DNA of 63,119 bases, filler included, from 9 parts of 9 records of this genome joined end to end with filler, not necessarily neighbours in it; one strand, 5' to 3'. Shown: positions 39,052 to 48,776, numbered from the whole stretch's first letter. Numbers and translations: made by a program. The notes: generated by a model not told the origin, from the letters alone.

Positions 39052-39114
39052 TATAGTGCATGCAAAAGTTTGGTCTGATTGGCCTGAAAACCAGGCTAAA
39101 GCTACTTATGGATT

Positions 39115-39135
39115 GTAGGGGCGCCCCCCTGTGGG
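39115..39135 (+). repeat. Truncated GTAG-type REP-like palindrome at contig end
   Basis: GTAGGGGCGCCCCCCTGTGGG: GTAG tetranucleotide followed by a GC-rich stem arm, cut by the contig break. Confidence 0.5.
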
Positions 39136-39235
39136 NNNNNNNNNNNNNNNNNNNNNNNNNNNNNNNNNNNNNNNNNNNNTTAATTAATTAANNNNNNNNN
39201 NNNNNNNNNNNNNNNNNNNNNNNNNNNNNNNNNNN
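39136..39235. other. Artificial contig spacer
   Basis: N44-TTAATTAATTAA-N44. Confidence 0.98.
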
Positions 39236-39236
39236 T

Positions 39237-39515
39237 GAATCTAAACAATATTCTTCTCGTTGGATTGAAGATGGTTCTTATTTACGATTGGATAATGTGA
39301 CCCTGTCTTACAACTTTGATTTACAAAATACATTCCTGTCTAATGCCCGGGTTTACCTCTCGGGGCAAAACCTGTTTATTATCACCAATTACTCAGGATT
39401 AGATCCTGAGGTTAATTCTGAAGTCTCGGGTAGCGGAGTTGCACCACTTGGTATTGACTACTTAAGTTATCCAAGAGCCAGAACATTTACACTTGGGGCA
39501 ACTATTTCATTTTAA
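39237..39515 (+). CDS. SusC/RagA TonB-dependent receptor, C-terminal fragment
   Basis: SSRWIEDGSYLRL.NVTL.Y, T.YSG.DPEV, YP..RTF.LG...F. Confidence 0.93.
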   Translation, partial: ESKQYSSRWIEDGSYLRLDNVTLSYNFDLQNTFLSNARVYLSGQNLFIITNYSGLDPEVNSEVSGSGVAPLGIDYLSYPRARTFTLGATISF

Positions 39516-39527
39516 TAATTACTACAC

Positions 39528-41069
39528 ATGAAAATGAGAATCAAAATGAAAAAAAATATATTCTTAGCAGGAATACTGCTAGCAATCACATTACTATTTG
39601 GGGCATGTACCAATTTGGATGAAGAAATTTACGGAAGCCTTTCTCCTGAAAACTACTATCAAACAGAAGAAGAAGCATTATCTTCTGTTATTGGCGTCTA
39701 TCAAAAATTATCTGATATTGTGAGTATTGGTGCAGGCTGGCGTCCATCTGTATTGGGCACAGATGAATTTTTTGTTCCTGCCCGAACAAATGGTGGATGG
39801 TACGACGGAGGAATATGGATTGAATACTCAACACATAACGTTTCAGCAGGCAACGAATTGAACAGACGAGCATGGGTTTCTATTTTTAATACCATTGGTG
39901 CTGCCAATGCCGTTATCGAAAGTTTAGAGCAATCACCTAACGCTGATGAGTTAACCGCCCTTATTGCCGAAACCAGAGTGCTTCGTGCTTATGCCTATTT
40001 CTATGCAATGGACTTTTGGGGCAATGTACCAATTTTTACCGCTGCACGAGTTAACTCCCAAAACTTGCCAAGCACAGACTCCAGAGCTGATGTTTATGAG
40101 TTTGTTGTTGATGAGTTAGTTGCAGCAGCTGCAGGTCTCCCTTCGGTAACTGCGGTGAGTAAAAAAGAATACTATCCACGTTTTACAAAAGAAGCTGCTT
40201 ATACTGCCCTGGCTACGGTCTACCTAAACTCTGAAGTGTATACCGGAACTGGTCATTGGGCAGAAGTAATTACGATGTGTGATAATGTAATTTCAACAGG
40301 CGCATATTCGTTGGAGGCTAAAGTTGCCGATTGTTTTTTGGCAACCAACGAGGAAAATTCGTCTGAAATTATTTCCTCTTTTTCTATTGATCCAAATCAA
40401 AATGCTGGAAAAAATCAATTTATGCTGTACACCAATCATGCACTGGATAAAGAAAAATATGACTTGCCGTTTACTCCAGCCGATGGTTACAGCTTAGGTG
40501 ATGATGCCCTCAATAAATATGATGATGGAGATGAGCGTTTAGAGATGATTGAATACGGTTTGCAGTACTATTTAAATGGCGACCCTTTATTAAAAGAGGA
40601 CGGTACACAGTTGGAATTAATTCCAATTCAGGATATTTATGCTGCAACAAACGACGAAGGGTATCACTTATTAAAATACTCTCCAATTGGTGTAACCTGG
40701 TCGGCATATAATGCTGACAATGATTTTGTATTGAATCGTTATTCCGATATTCTTTTAATGAAAGCTGAGGCCATTTTCAGAACCAGTGGGTCGACAACAG
40801 AAGCAGTTGCGTTGGTTAACCAGGTTCGAAACCGTAGTAATGCCGGTGATGAATTATCAAATATCACCCTGCAGGATTTAGAGAATGAACGAGCAAGGGA
40901 ATTTATTTGGGAAGGACACCGCCGCCGTGATATGATTCGCTTTGGATCCTATTTTACAGAAACCTGGGCGTTCAAAACAACAACAACTCCTGAATGGAGA
41001 GGAATTTATCCAATTCCTGAAGAGCAGTTAAATGCCAACCCCAATTTGGAGCAAAATCCAAATTATTAG
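39528..41069 (+). CDS. SusD/RagB family lipoprotein
   Basis: Lipobox GAC, AE.R.LRA..Y, RYSDILLMKAEA, ERAREF.WEG.RR.D.IRFG, QNP.Y. Confidence 0.94.
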   Translation: MKMRIKMKKNIFLAGILLAITLLFGACTNLDEEIYGSLSPENYYQTEEEALSSVIGVYQKLSDIVSIGAGWRPSVLGTDEFFVPARTNGGWYDGGIWIEYSTHNVSAGNELNRRAWVSIFNTIGAANAVIESLEQSPNADELTALIAETRVLRAYAYFYAMDFWGNVPIFTAARVNSQNLPSTDSRADVYEFVVDELVAAAAGLPSVTAVSKKEYYPRFTKEAAYTALATVYLNSEVYTGTGHWAEVITMCDNVISTGAYSLEAKVADCFLATNEENSSEIISSFSIDPNQNAGKNQFMLYTNHALDKEKYDLPFTPADGYSLGDDALNKYDDGDERLEMIEYGLQYYLNGDPLLKEDGTQLELIPIQDIYAATNDEGYHLLKYSPIGVTWSAYNADNDFVLNRYSDILLMKAEAIFRTSGSTTEAVALVNQVRNRSNAGDELSNITLQDLENERAREFIWEGHRRRDMIRFGSYFTETWAFKTTTTPEWRGIYPIPEEQLNANPNLEQNPNY

Positions 41070-41087
41070 TTGGCAAGTAAATAAGGC

Positions 41088-41127
41088 ATAAAGGATTGCG
41101 ATATTAATCGCAATCCTTTATTTGTTT
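41088..41127 (+). terminator. Intrinsic terminator after susD
   Basis: 14-bp stem ATAAAGGATTGCGA/TCGCAATCCTTTAT followed by TTGTTT. Confidence 0.75.
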
Positions 41128-41162
41128 AAAAATCAACTCTATCATTTTTACAATCCCGGGTA

Positions 41163-44162
41163 ATGACAAAATCCTTTTTTACGCTTTTTGCACTTTTAAT
41201 GGTTGGCATTCCGTTCAAAGTATTTCCTACCGGAATAGAAAAGCAAACATACGCTACTATCGACTTCTCTTGCGCTGGCTATAAAGGCCGGGGACAATTG
41301 CCTCCTGTTATACCAGCAACGTTCAAAATATTTCCAACCGGAGGAGATGACACGCAGTTGATTCAATCTGCTATTGACTCTTTAGCGCGTCTGCCCGTGA
41401 ATTCTGAGGGATTTCGCGGCGTACTACTTTTAGAAAAAGGAGTTTTTCAAATATCCGGACATTTAGAGATTTCCCATAGTGGAATTATAATAAGAGGACA
41501 GTCAGGTGAAACAAAGAGTGTTTTAAAGGCAACCGGAAACAGTAGGAGGACATTAATTGAGGTAACAGGCAATCCAAAATATGCTTCAGCGAAAATTATT
41601 TCAGTCACAGATTCGATTGTCCCTGCTGGTAGAACTATTTTTCATGTCTCCACACCAGAGAATCTCAAGCAAGGAGACCGAATTCTGATAGTTCGTCCAA
41701 GCCCACGAAGCTGGATGGCAAAGATTGGTATGCACAGAAAGGAAGGTACTTTTGCCGAACGCCGAGGGCTCCAATGGGATCCCGGAACCCGCGATCTGTT
41801 TTGGGACCGGGAAGTTATAGCTGTAGATCTGGCGAGCCATTCCATAACCATCGATGCTCCGATAACAACAGCGATCTATGATGAGTGCGGTGGCGCTGAA
41901 ATTCGCAAAATGGCACCTAACAGTTTTATTGCGAATGTTGGAATTGAAAACCTGGAGTTCGACAGTGAATACAATGATGAGAATTTGAAAGATGAAGAGC
42001 ATGCCTGGATGGCTGTAGCAATACAAAATGCTGAAGATTGTTGGATTAGAAATGTAAAAGCCAGCCATTTTGTAAGCTCTTTGGTATATGTTGGGAATAG
42101 AGCCAGACGGATCAGTATTCTTGATTGTGAATCAACAAATCCAATTGCTGAAATTGGTGGTTTCCGGAGGCAAGCCTTTTGGATTGAAGGTCAACAGGTG
42201 TTGGTTCGCAATTGCCTATCGGACAGCGGGATGAACAGCTTTGCAGCCGGAATGTGCGCAGGAGGCCCAAATGTATTTTTCAACTGCAAAGCCACAAACG
42301 CCCATGCCGATAATGGTGGAGCAGAAAGTTGGGCATCGGGTTTTTTATATGAACAAGTTGAAATTGCAGGTGCAGATCTGAAATTGGATTGTAACTACAA
42401 TCGTTCTCAAGGCGGCGGGTGGACAGCAGCCAATTCCGTAATTTGGAATTGTAATGCTGATAATATTGTTGCTGAGGGATCGGTTCATGGACCAAATCAG
42501 CAAGTTACATGTGATTCGAGTCTTTATCTTTCGCAAATACAAGCCAGCAATTTTATCTGTAATAAAAAGATAATTAACAGGTCTTCTGCTGCTGATCTTT
42601 TGCATGAAATACCGGTTTTCGAATTAAAACAGAATAACAAAAATAATAAAAAGCCGGCTATCCCTATTTTACCAATTGAACTTGAAAACGGACGTTTTAT
42701 CAGAAACGGGAAATCCTTTTGGGGCGGAGTAAAAGGAGATACATTTTGGAAAGGACAGACATACCCCTTTGCTCATTCGGGGCACAGTATTACGCGTTTT
42801 GTTCCTGGCAAAAACAGGGAATATTTAACCGAGGATCTGGAAGTTTTTGTGGCAGGTCAATGCGAAAAAGGAAACTTGTTTTACGAGATTGTTACCGGTC
42901 TTTGGTATGACCGGCGCAGAGATGACCATTCAATCGAAAAAAAACCAAACGGAAATGTTTGGGCACCCTTTTTCGAAATGCCCTGGGCACGCTCGGGTAA
43001 AGGAAGCGCCTGGGATGGATTGAGCAAATACGATTTAAAAAGCTTTAATCCATGGTATTTTAATCGATGCAGAAATTTTGCAGAACTAAGTGATCAACAC
43101 GGTTTAGGGGTGATTTTCAATTTTTACGACACACACAATCTACTGGAATATCTAACACATTGGGTTGATTATCCCTGGAGACCAGTTAACAATGTGAATG
43201 AAACCAACCTGCCAGAACCTCCACCGCTGAGTAACTGGGGAGGAACACAAATGGGCAATGAGTTTTACGATCCTGAGAATCCCGTTCTGGCAGAACTGCA
43301 CCGGGAATATATTTTTCATTGTCTGAACGAACTGGGCGATTATAAAAACATCTGGTTTAAACTGGGCATTCAATATGCAGGGCCAGTTAATTTTCAACGT
43401 TTCTTTATTAAAACAGTAATGGAATGGGAAAAACAACATCAGCGAGATGTGCACTTAATTATTGCTGCTGCTAAGAATGTTACAGATTCCATTTTGAATG
43501 ATACTGTTTTAACAAAGGAAATCGAAGCCATCGACACCCGTTACTGGCAGTATCGTTCAGTAGAATCCTTTTCTGATGGTGAAGAACTTTGGGCACCGGA
43601 AGGCGGCACAAATCGTTCGTTCCGGCAAATGGTTGGCGAAAATTTTATTCTGCAAAGCGATTACCCCTTTGCCACAACACAAGAGAAAGTTTACCAACAA
43701 GTTCATGAATATCATGAGAAGTTTCCTGAGAAAGCGATCTTCTCTGTTGGCAATGGTGTAAATGAGATTCCTTCTTTTTTCGCGGGTGGTGCTTTGGTTG
43801 CTATGGGATCCATTTCCCAACCCGGTTATTTATCATTTCCCGATTTTATAAACCAGTTTCTGGACGGCCGTTCGCATTTATTAAATCCAACAAACGACTT
43901 GGTCGCTGAACTAAAATCGACTTGGCAAATGATGGATATCGATAAAAAACAAATTCTACTCTTTTCGCGGCAAGGTAATCAGTTAACTTTTTTAAAAAAT
44001 ATTGCACCTGAGTCATATTCACTAACCTGGTATGATCCGAACTCGGGTTTTGTCATTCAAGAAAAAAAATCGGTTCGTTTACAGAAGAATAAGAAGCTTA
44101 TAAAGCCTGATTCGCGAGAATGGATCGTATTACTAAAAGCAATATCACCAGTATTTGAATAA
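41163..44162 (+). CDS. Large secreted protein: pectate-lyase-like beta-helix plus DUF6298-like domain
   Basis: Signal peptide, DFSCAGY, DDT..IQ.AID, GLWYDRRRDDH, PWARSG.G.AWDGLSKYDL; domain names from recall, not from a search. Confidence 0.7.
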   Translation: MTKSFFTLFALLMVGIPFKVFPTGIEKQTYATIDFSCAGYKGRGQLPPVIPATFKIFPTGGDDTQLIQSAIDSLARLPVNSEGFRGVLLLEKGVFQISGHLEISHSGIIIRGQSGETKSVLKATGNSRRTLIEVTGNPKYASAKIISVTDSIVPAGRTIFHVSTPENLKQGDRILIVRPSPRSWMAKIGMHRKEGTFAERRGLQWDPGTRDLFWDREVIAVDLASHSITIDAPITTAIYDECGGAEIRKMAPNSFIANVGIENLEFDSEYNDENLKDEEHAWMAVAIQNAEDCWIRNVKASHFVSSLVYVGNRARRISILDCESTNPIAEIGGFRRQAFWIEGQQVLVRNCLSDSGMNSFAAGMCAGGPNVFFNCKATNAHADNGGAESWASGFLYEQVEIAGADLKLDCNYNRSQGGGWTAANSVIWNCNADNIVAEGSVHGPNQQVTCDSSLYLSQIQASNFICNKKIINRSSAADLLHEIPVFELKQNNKNNKKPAIPILPIELENGRFIRNGKSFWGGVKGDTFWKGQTYPFAHSGHSITRFVPGKNREYLTEDLEVFVAGQCEKGNLFYEIVTGLWYDRRRDDHSIEKKPNGNVWAPFFEMPWARSGKGSAWDGLSKYDLKSFNPWYFNRCRNFAELSDQHGLGVIFNFYDTHNLLEYLTHWVDYPWRPVNNVNETNLPEPPPLSNWGGTQMGNEFYDPENPVLAELHREYIFHCLNELGDYKNIWFKLGIQYAGPVNFQRFFIKTVMEWEKQHQRDVHLIIAAAKNVTDSILNDTVLTKEIEAIDTRYWQYRSVESFSDGEELWAPEGGTNRSFRQMVGENFILQSDYPFATTQEKVYQQVHEYHEKFPEKAIFSVGNGVNEIPSFFAGGALVAMGSISQPGYLSFPDFINQFLDGRSHLLNPTNDLVAELKSTWQMMDIDKKQILLFSRQGNQLTFLKNIAPESYSLTWYDPNSGFVIQEKKSVRLQKNKKLIKPDSREWIVLLKAISPVFE

Positions 44163-44214
44163 TGGTCAAACGTGCTAACCAGCTATTTGTTCGTCATTTT
44201 ATTCTAAAGTCGAA

Positions 44215-45076
44215 TTAAATAAATTCAATTGTACGTTTCTCCTTATTGCTTAACAAACAAGCCTCCAGTATTTCAAGTACCTGAGCTGCTTCTTCCGGTT
44301 TTACCAGAAGTTCGGCATTATTTCTTATAGCCTCATACAAATTAGAATAAAATATACCATAGTTTCCGGGGATTGTTTCTACCAGTTCTTCTACGGTTTC
44401 ATCGTTTTCATCGTAAACCATTGTTCCCCAACATTCCGGTTCTTCAGTACCCAAAATATCTCCAACAGGAAGTTGCCCGGCCTTTAACAACTCTTCTTGT
44501 GGATCGATACCCGATTTGTAAAAGGTACCGTATTCTCCGTGTAAGGTATACCTTGGTCCCTCATCTTTTACCAGATATGAGCATTTTAAAATTGCAGCAT
44601 GTGATTCATAATCCAGTCGCACATCATAATAATCGGTCACTTTTCCGCCTGTTCTAACAACTTTTAAATGAGCCGTTACAGCTTTGGGCTTTCCAAATAA
44701 AACAAAGACCTGGTCTATCATGTGAGATCCCAGGTTATACAATACCCCTGCATATTCATTTCCTTCTTCTTTCCAGGTATTTGGTGTAATTTCTGTTCGG
44801 TAGCGGTCAAAATGAGATTCAAATTCAATCAACCTTCCAAGTTTACCTTCTTTCAAAATTTTCTGAACCGTTCTGAAATCACCATCCAATCTGCGGTTTT
44901 GGTACACTGTAAAAACTAACTTTTTTTCGTTTGCCAGTTTTATTAAGTCATAAGTTTCATGGCTTTTCTGCGTAGCAGGTTTTTCTACAACCACGTGTTT
45001 TCCTGCTTCCAGTGCCTGTTTCACCATTTGGTAATGCAAAGCATCGGGTGTATTTACAATAACCAGTTCTATCTCA
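44215..45076 (-). CDS. Gfo/Idh/MocA family oxidoreductase (5' truncated)
   Basis: ALEAGKHVVVEKP, YQNRR.DGDF, LGSH.IDQ. Confidence 0.9.
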
Positions 45077-45176
45077 NNNNNNNNNNNNNNNNNNNNNNNN
45101 NNNNNNNNNNNNNNNNNNNNTTAATTAATTAANNNNNNNNNNNNNNNNNNNNNNNNNNNNNNNNNNNNNNNNNNNN
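45077..45176. other. Artificial contig spacer
   Basis: N44-TTAATTAATTAA-N44. Confidence 0.98.
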
Positions 45177-45431
45177 GTTTTCCGTGGCGTTTTTCCAGGA
45201 CTGCCGTTTTTCGTTGATGGCGGCTTCCCTTAAGGTATAGGACACATCCAGGCCGCTGTCCCTCAGGTTGAGACCCTGGTGAAGACCCTGGGCGCCGCAC
45301 CCTACGATGACGATCTTTTTCCCCTTCAGGGCTTCCACGCCGTTGAACTCGGAAGCGTCCATGAACCGGCACTGGGATAATTCTTCAAGCTGCAGCCGCA
45401 GCGGCAATCCATTAAAATAATTCTCACCCAT
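45177..45431 (-). CDS. ilvC: Ketol-acid reductoisomerase, long (class II) type, N-terminal fragment
   Basis: NYFN.L.LR.QL..L..CRFM, GCGAQGL.QGLN.RDSG. Confidence 0.93.
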
Positions 45432-45509
45432 TTCCCTGCTCCTTATTTATATTGTTTTTCAAATAATTGATTCTCAAACTCTTTGTACCTTAAATGGCCT
45501 ATTTTTTAC

Positions 45510-45555
45510 ATTGCGTCAAATGAATTGTTTGCAACGCTATATTGCGTAAAGTGAA
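45510..45555. promoter_or_regulatory. Tandem IlvY (LysR) operators
   Basis: ATTGCGTCAAATGAA (45510) and ATTGCGTAAAGTGAA (45541), 31 bp apart, between divergent ilvC and ilvY. Confidence 0.65.
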
Positions 45556-45578
45556 ATGCAGTGGTATACACTTAAAAT

Positions 45579-46466
45579 ATGGATATTCGAACCCTACAGA
45601 TTTTCAGGCATCTTTCCGGCTCCCTTCATTTTGCCCGGACAAGCATGGCCTGCAACATTACCCCTTCCGCCTTGACCCGGATGATCCAGCGCCTGGAGGC
45701 CGAGGTGGGGCAGGCCCTTTTTATCCGGGACAACCGGTCCGTGGAATTGACCTTTGCCGGTCAGGCCTTTAAAACATATGCCGAGGATGTGATCCAGCGC
45801 TGGGACCGTCTGCAAATGGAATTGTCCGAAGATGATGTCCTCCGGGGCGAACTCTCCATCTATTGCTCGGTCACGGCCGCCTACAGCATCCTGCCCGATA
45901 TCATCGCCCGTTACCGGGTGATTCATCCCAAGGTGCAGATCAAGCTTGAAACCGGTGATCCCGCCAAATCCATCGCCCTGATCGTCAATCGGGATGTGGA
46001 TGTGGTCATTGCGGCCCTGCCGGAGAAGATGGACAATCATCTGACCTTTTTAAAGATGGCCACAAGCCCCCTGGTGTTTATCGCCCCCAGGCGCTTTCCC
46101 GATATCGTTCAATACCGGGACGGCAGGATCGACTGGGAAAAAACCCCCATGATCCTTCCCGATGTGGGGTTGAGCCGGGAACGCATGGACCTGTGGTTCG
46201 CCAGCCATCAACAGGTGCCCAACATCTACTCCCGGGTGGCCGGCCATGAGGGGATCATTGCCCTGGTCAACCTGGGATGCGGCATAGGGCTTGTGCCTGA
46301 ACTTGTCCTGGAAAAAAGCCCGCTCATGGAAGATATCATGATCCTGAACGACCTGCCGGAACTGCCGCCCTATGAGATCGGACTCTGCACCATTGAAAAA
46401 AACCTGTCCCGGCCCAAGATCCGGGCCCTCTGGGATCTTGCGGCCGGGGCAAAGGATCCTTACTGA
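45579..46466 (+). CDS. ilvY: LysR-type regulator IlvY
   Basis: LHF.RT...C..PS.L.R.IQRLE, CSVTAAYS.LP, LETGD; divergent from ilvC. Confidence 0.92.
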   Translation: MDIRTLQIFRHLSGSLHFARTSMACNITPSALTRMIQRLEAEVGQALFIRDNRSVELTFAGQAFKTYAEDVIQRWDRLQMELSEDDVLRGELSIYCSVTAAYSILPDIIARYRVIHPKVQIKLETGDPAKSIALIVNRDVDVVIAALPEKMDNHLTFLKMATSPLVFIAPRRFPDIVQYRDGRIDWEKTPMILPDVGLSRERMDLWFASHQQVPNIYSRVAGHEGIIALVNLGCGIGLVPELVLEKSPLMEDIMILNDLPELPPYEIGLCTIEKNLSRPKIRALWDLAAGAKDPY

Positions 46467-46749
46467 AATTTTGCCTCCCCCCCCCCCCTCTATTATGTGA
46501 AAAAAAGTACATAAATCTGGGGGTAATATGTAATAAATGTCCCTATAGGTCATTTCATTTTACTTCACTAAATAATAAAACTTGTCTTGTATTATTCCTT
46601 ATTACTTAATCATATTCGGTTCTGTCTATATGGTAAGCGTTGAATGAAATTCCCTGATATCAAGGGGGGCTGCATGGCCGAGGATCTTTTCTGGGCTGAT
46701 GGGGAAGACGTCTTTTTTTACAAACCATGTTTTGATCACAATATGAGGT

Positions 46750-46765
46750 TGGCATATTTGTTGCT
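46750..46765 (+). promoter_or_regulatory. sigma54 (-24/-12) promoter
   Basis: TGGCAT-ATTTG-TTGCT fits TGGCAC-N5-TTGCW, upstream of the PEP-CTERM gene. Confidence 0.75.
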
Positions 46766-46872
46766 CTTTACTGAGATAGAAATGGCGATTTTTTAATAAG
46801 AGAACGTTTTATCGTTGTTGGGTGTTACGTAAAAGGATGTAGAAAATTGGCCTGTCATAATAGAGGGTTTAC

Positions 46873-46953
46873 ATCCATGGTAAAGTCAAGCCAGCGGTAA
46901 CGCCGGGACGGAAAAAACACGGGTCCCATGAGGGATAGCCGGTTACCTTGGAT
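46873..46953 (+). ncRNA. Cyclic di-GMP-I (GEMM-I) riboswitch
   Basis: P1 ATCCATGG/CCTTGGAT; P2 AAGCCAGCG-GTAA-CGCCGGGAC; junction GACGGAAA; P3 AAC.CGGGTC...GATAGCCGGTT. Confidence 0.8.
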
Positions 46954-46969
46954 AAACATGGAGATCGTT

Positions 46970-47683
46970 ATGAAAAAATGTTTCGTTTTTCTAATCGGGT
47001 TGTTTTCAGTGTTTTTAGTTTTTGGAGTTGCAGGGGCTGTACCTACCGAATTGATAACAAATGGCGACTTTGAAAATTCATCAGACCATTCTTTCGGGTG
47101 GACGACTGCCGGTTCTGTGGATTTTACTGATGATTTTGGGTTGTTAGCGGGGGTTCAGGGCCTGAGCGGGCATTATGCCCGGCTTGGTCTATACACCACG
47201 GATTCGGATTCCATATTAAGCCAAACATTTTCAGTCAGCGGTCTTGATAAATTAACCGTTACGTTTAACTGGGCATTTGATTATTTGGATAATTCTTATA
47301 CTGCCGAGGATAACTTTATCTCCATATTGGAATCAGATGGGACAAGCGCTTTTACTATAACCATGCTGGATTTAAAAACCAAAGGTACCGGTTTTTTCAA
47401 TCCTTCCATGGGGTTTGCCTATGGAACTTTCACCGGGGTCTATGATATCTCTTTCTATACGGCAGATAATGCCGATGTTGAGTTTAAACTGCATGAAGAA
47501 AGCGATTCCCGCTGTTTGACAGGAACAGCCTCTGTTGTTGGTATTGACAATATCTCCATAATTGGAGATGGCGGACAGCTCCCCGTACCTGCAGAGCCTG
47601 TGCCGGAGCCGGCAACCATGGTGCTGCTCGGTCTTGGCCTTATGGGACTTGCCGGAGTGACCAGGAAGACGTTACGGAAATAA
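46970..47683 (+). CDS. PEP-CTERM sorting domain surface protein
   Basis: Signal peptide MKKCFVF..., ELITNGDFE, C-terminal VPEPATMVLLGLGLMGLAG..RK; SD GGAG before 46970. Confidence 0.93.
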   Translation: MKKCFVFLIGLFSVFLVFGVAGAVPTELITNGDFENSSDHSFGWTTAGSVDFTDDFGLLAGVQGLSGHYARLGLYTTDSDSILSQTFSVSGLDKLTVTFNWAFDYLDNSYTAEDNFISILESDGTSAFTITMLDLKTKGTGFFNPSMGFAYGTFTGVYDISFYTADNADVEFKLHEESDSRCLTGTASVVGIDNISIIGDGGQLPVPAEPVPEPATMVLLGLGLMGLAGVTRKTLRK

Positions 47684-47717
47684 TTATAAGGTGGCATCGG
47701 AAGGGAGGGAAGGGCGG

Positions 47718-48776
47718 TCAGTGATAGCGGAGTCTTGCGCGGATCATCCGGAGGCTTTCCAGGATGGAGCCGGCCCTTTTCTCCCCGATGCCGTCGATCT
47801 GTCTCAGGCTCGTGGCATTGGCTGTTCGGATGCGGGAGATGCTGGAGAACTGCTTTACCACGTTTCTTGCCACGGGCATGGGGATCTTGGCAAGGCAGGT
47901 GAGCAGCCGGTACCCCCTGGGAACAAGGGTTGTTTGCTGGAGGTCCGCCTCGGTTGACACCTTCCATCCCAGCATTTTTGCGATCAGGGTGAGGTCCCTG
48001 GTTTTCCGGGTGATCAGATTCTTGATGGCGGCGGCCACCTCGGCATCCCCGGGCTCCGTTTTGGAATAGTCCATGATGATGGCGGTCAGGAGGGTGCGGA
48101 TCTCAAGGGACACGTTTTTGAACTGCATGGCGCTGAGCCTTCCCTCGACGCCGGCCTCCACCACAAAGGGCTCTATCTCCTGGGGAATGGTGAGTATCTC
48201 CCGGGCCCGGTTGATGACGCTCACCACGTCCAGGAGCTGGACCTCGTATTCAAACTCCTCGATGTTCATGCCGTGGATCTGCCTGTCCAGGGCTTCCCTG
48301 AGCCTTGCAAGGGAGTTGAGGGTCAGGTTGAACCGGGTCATGAGCATGTTGAGGTTGTGGAGCCGGTGCTTGTGTTTTTTGTAAAACACCGTGATCCCGC
48401 CTTTTTTCTGGGATACGGCTATGACCAGCCGGCCGGTCTGCTTGGCCACCCGTTCGGCGGTCCTGTGGCGCATGCCGGTTTCATCGGTGGGGATGGTAGC
48501 GTCCGGGATCAGGTGAACATTGGCCGCAAAGATCCGGGTGATGGCCTTGTCAACGATGATGGCGCCGTCCATCTTGGATAGCTCGTAGATTTTCTGGACG
48601 GAAAAGGCCGACCCGATGTAAAAGCCGCCCTGGAGCATGTCCTCTCTTGCCTTTAGATCATCGAGAAAGACGATCAGGGAGCCGATGTTCGCGCTGACGA
48701 TTTCATCCAGGGCCCGCCGAAGCTCGGTGCCCGGGGCGACCTTTCGTATTTTTGGAAGAAGCTCCGCAGCTATCAT
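47718..48776 (-). CDS. disA: DNA integrity scanning diadenylate cyclase DisA
   Basis: VAPGT.LR, ELSKMDGA, ETGMRHRTA, PRGYRLL, HhH IDGIGEKRA. Confidence 0.92.
   Translation of the reverse strand: MIAAELLPKIRKVAPGTELRRALDEIVSANIGSLIVFLDDLKAREDMLQGGFYIGSAFSVQKIYELSKMDGAIIVDKAITRIFAANVHLIPDATIPTDETGMRHRTAERVAKQTGRLVIAVSQKKGGITVFYKKHKHRLHNLNMLMTRFNLTLNSLARLREALDRQIHGMNIEEFEYEVQLLDVVSVINRAREILTIPQEIEPFVVEAGVEGRLSAMQFKNVSLEIRTLLTAIIMDYSKTEPGDAEVAAAIKNLITRKTRDLTLIAKMLGWKVSTEADLQQTTLVPRGYRLLTCLAKIPMPVARNVVKQFSSISRIRTANATSLRQIDGIGEKRAGSILESLRMIRARLRYH

Noticed and set aside
46873-48776. Functional link between DisA (c-di-AMP) and the neighbouring riboswitch
   Set aside because: The aptamer is GEMM-I type, not the ydaO c-di-AMP class; the genes are convergent, so adjacency is probably incidental.
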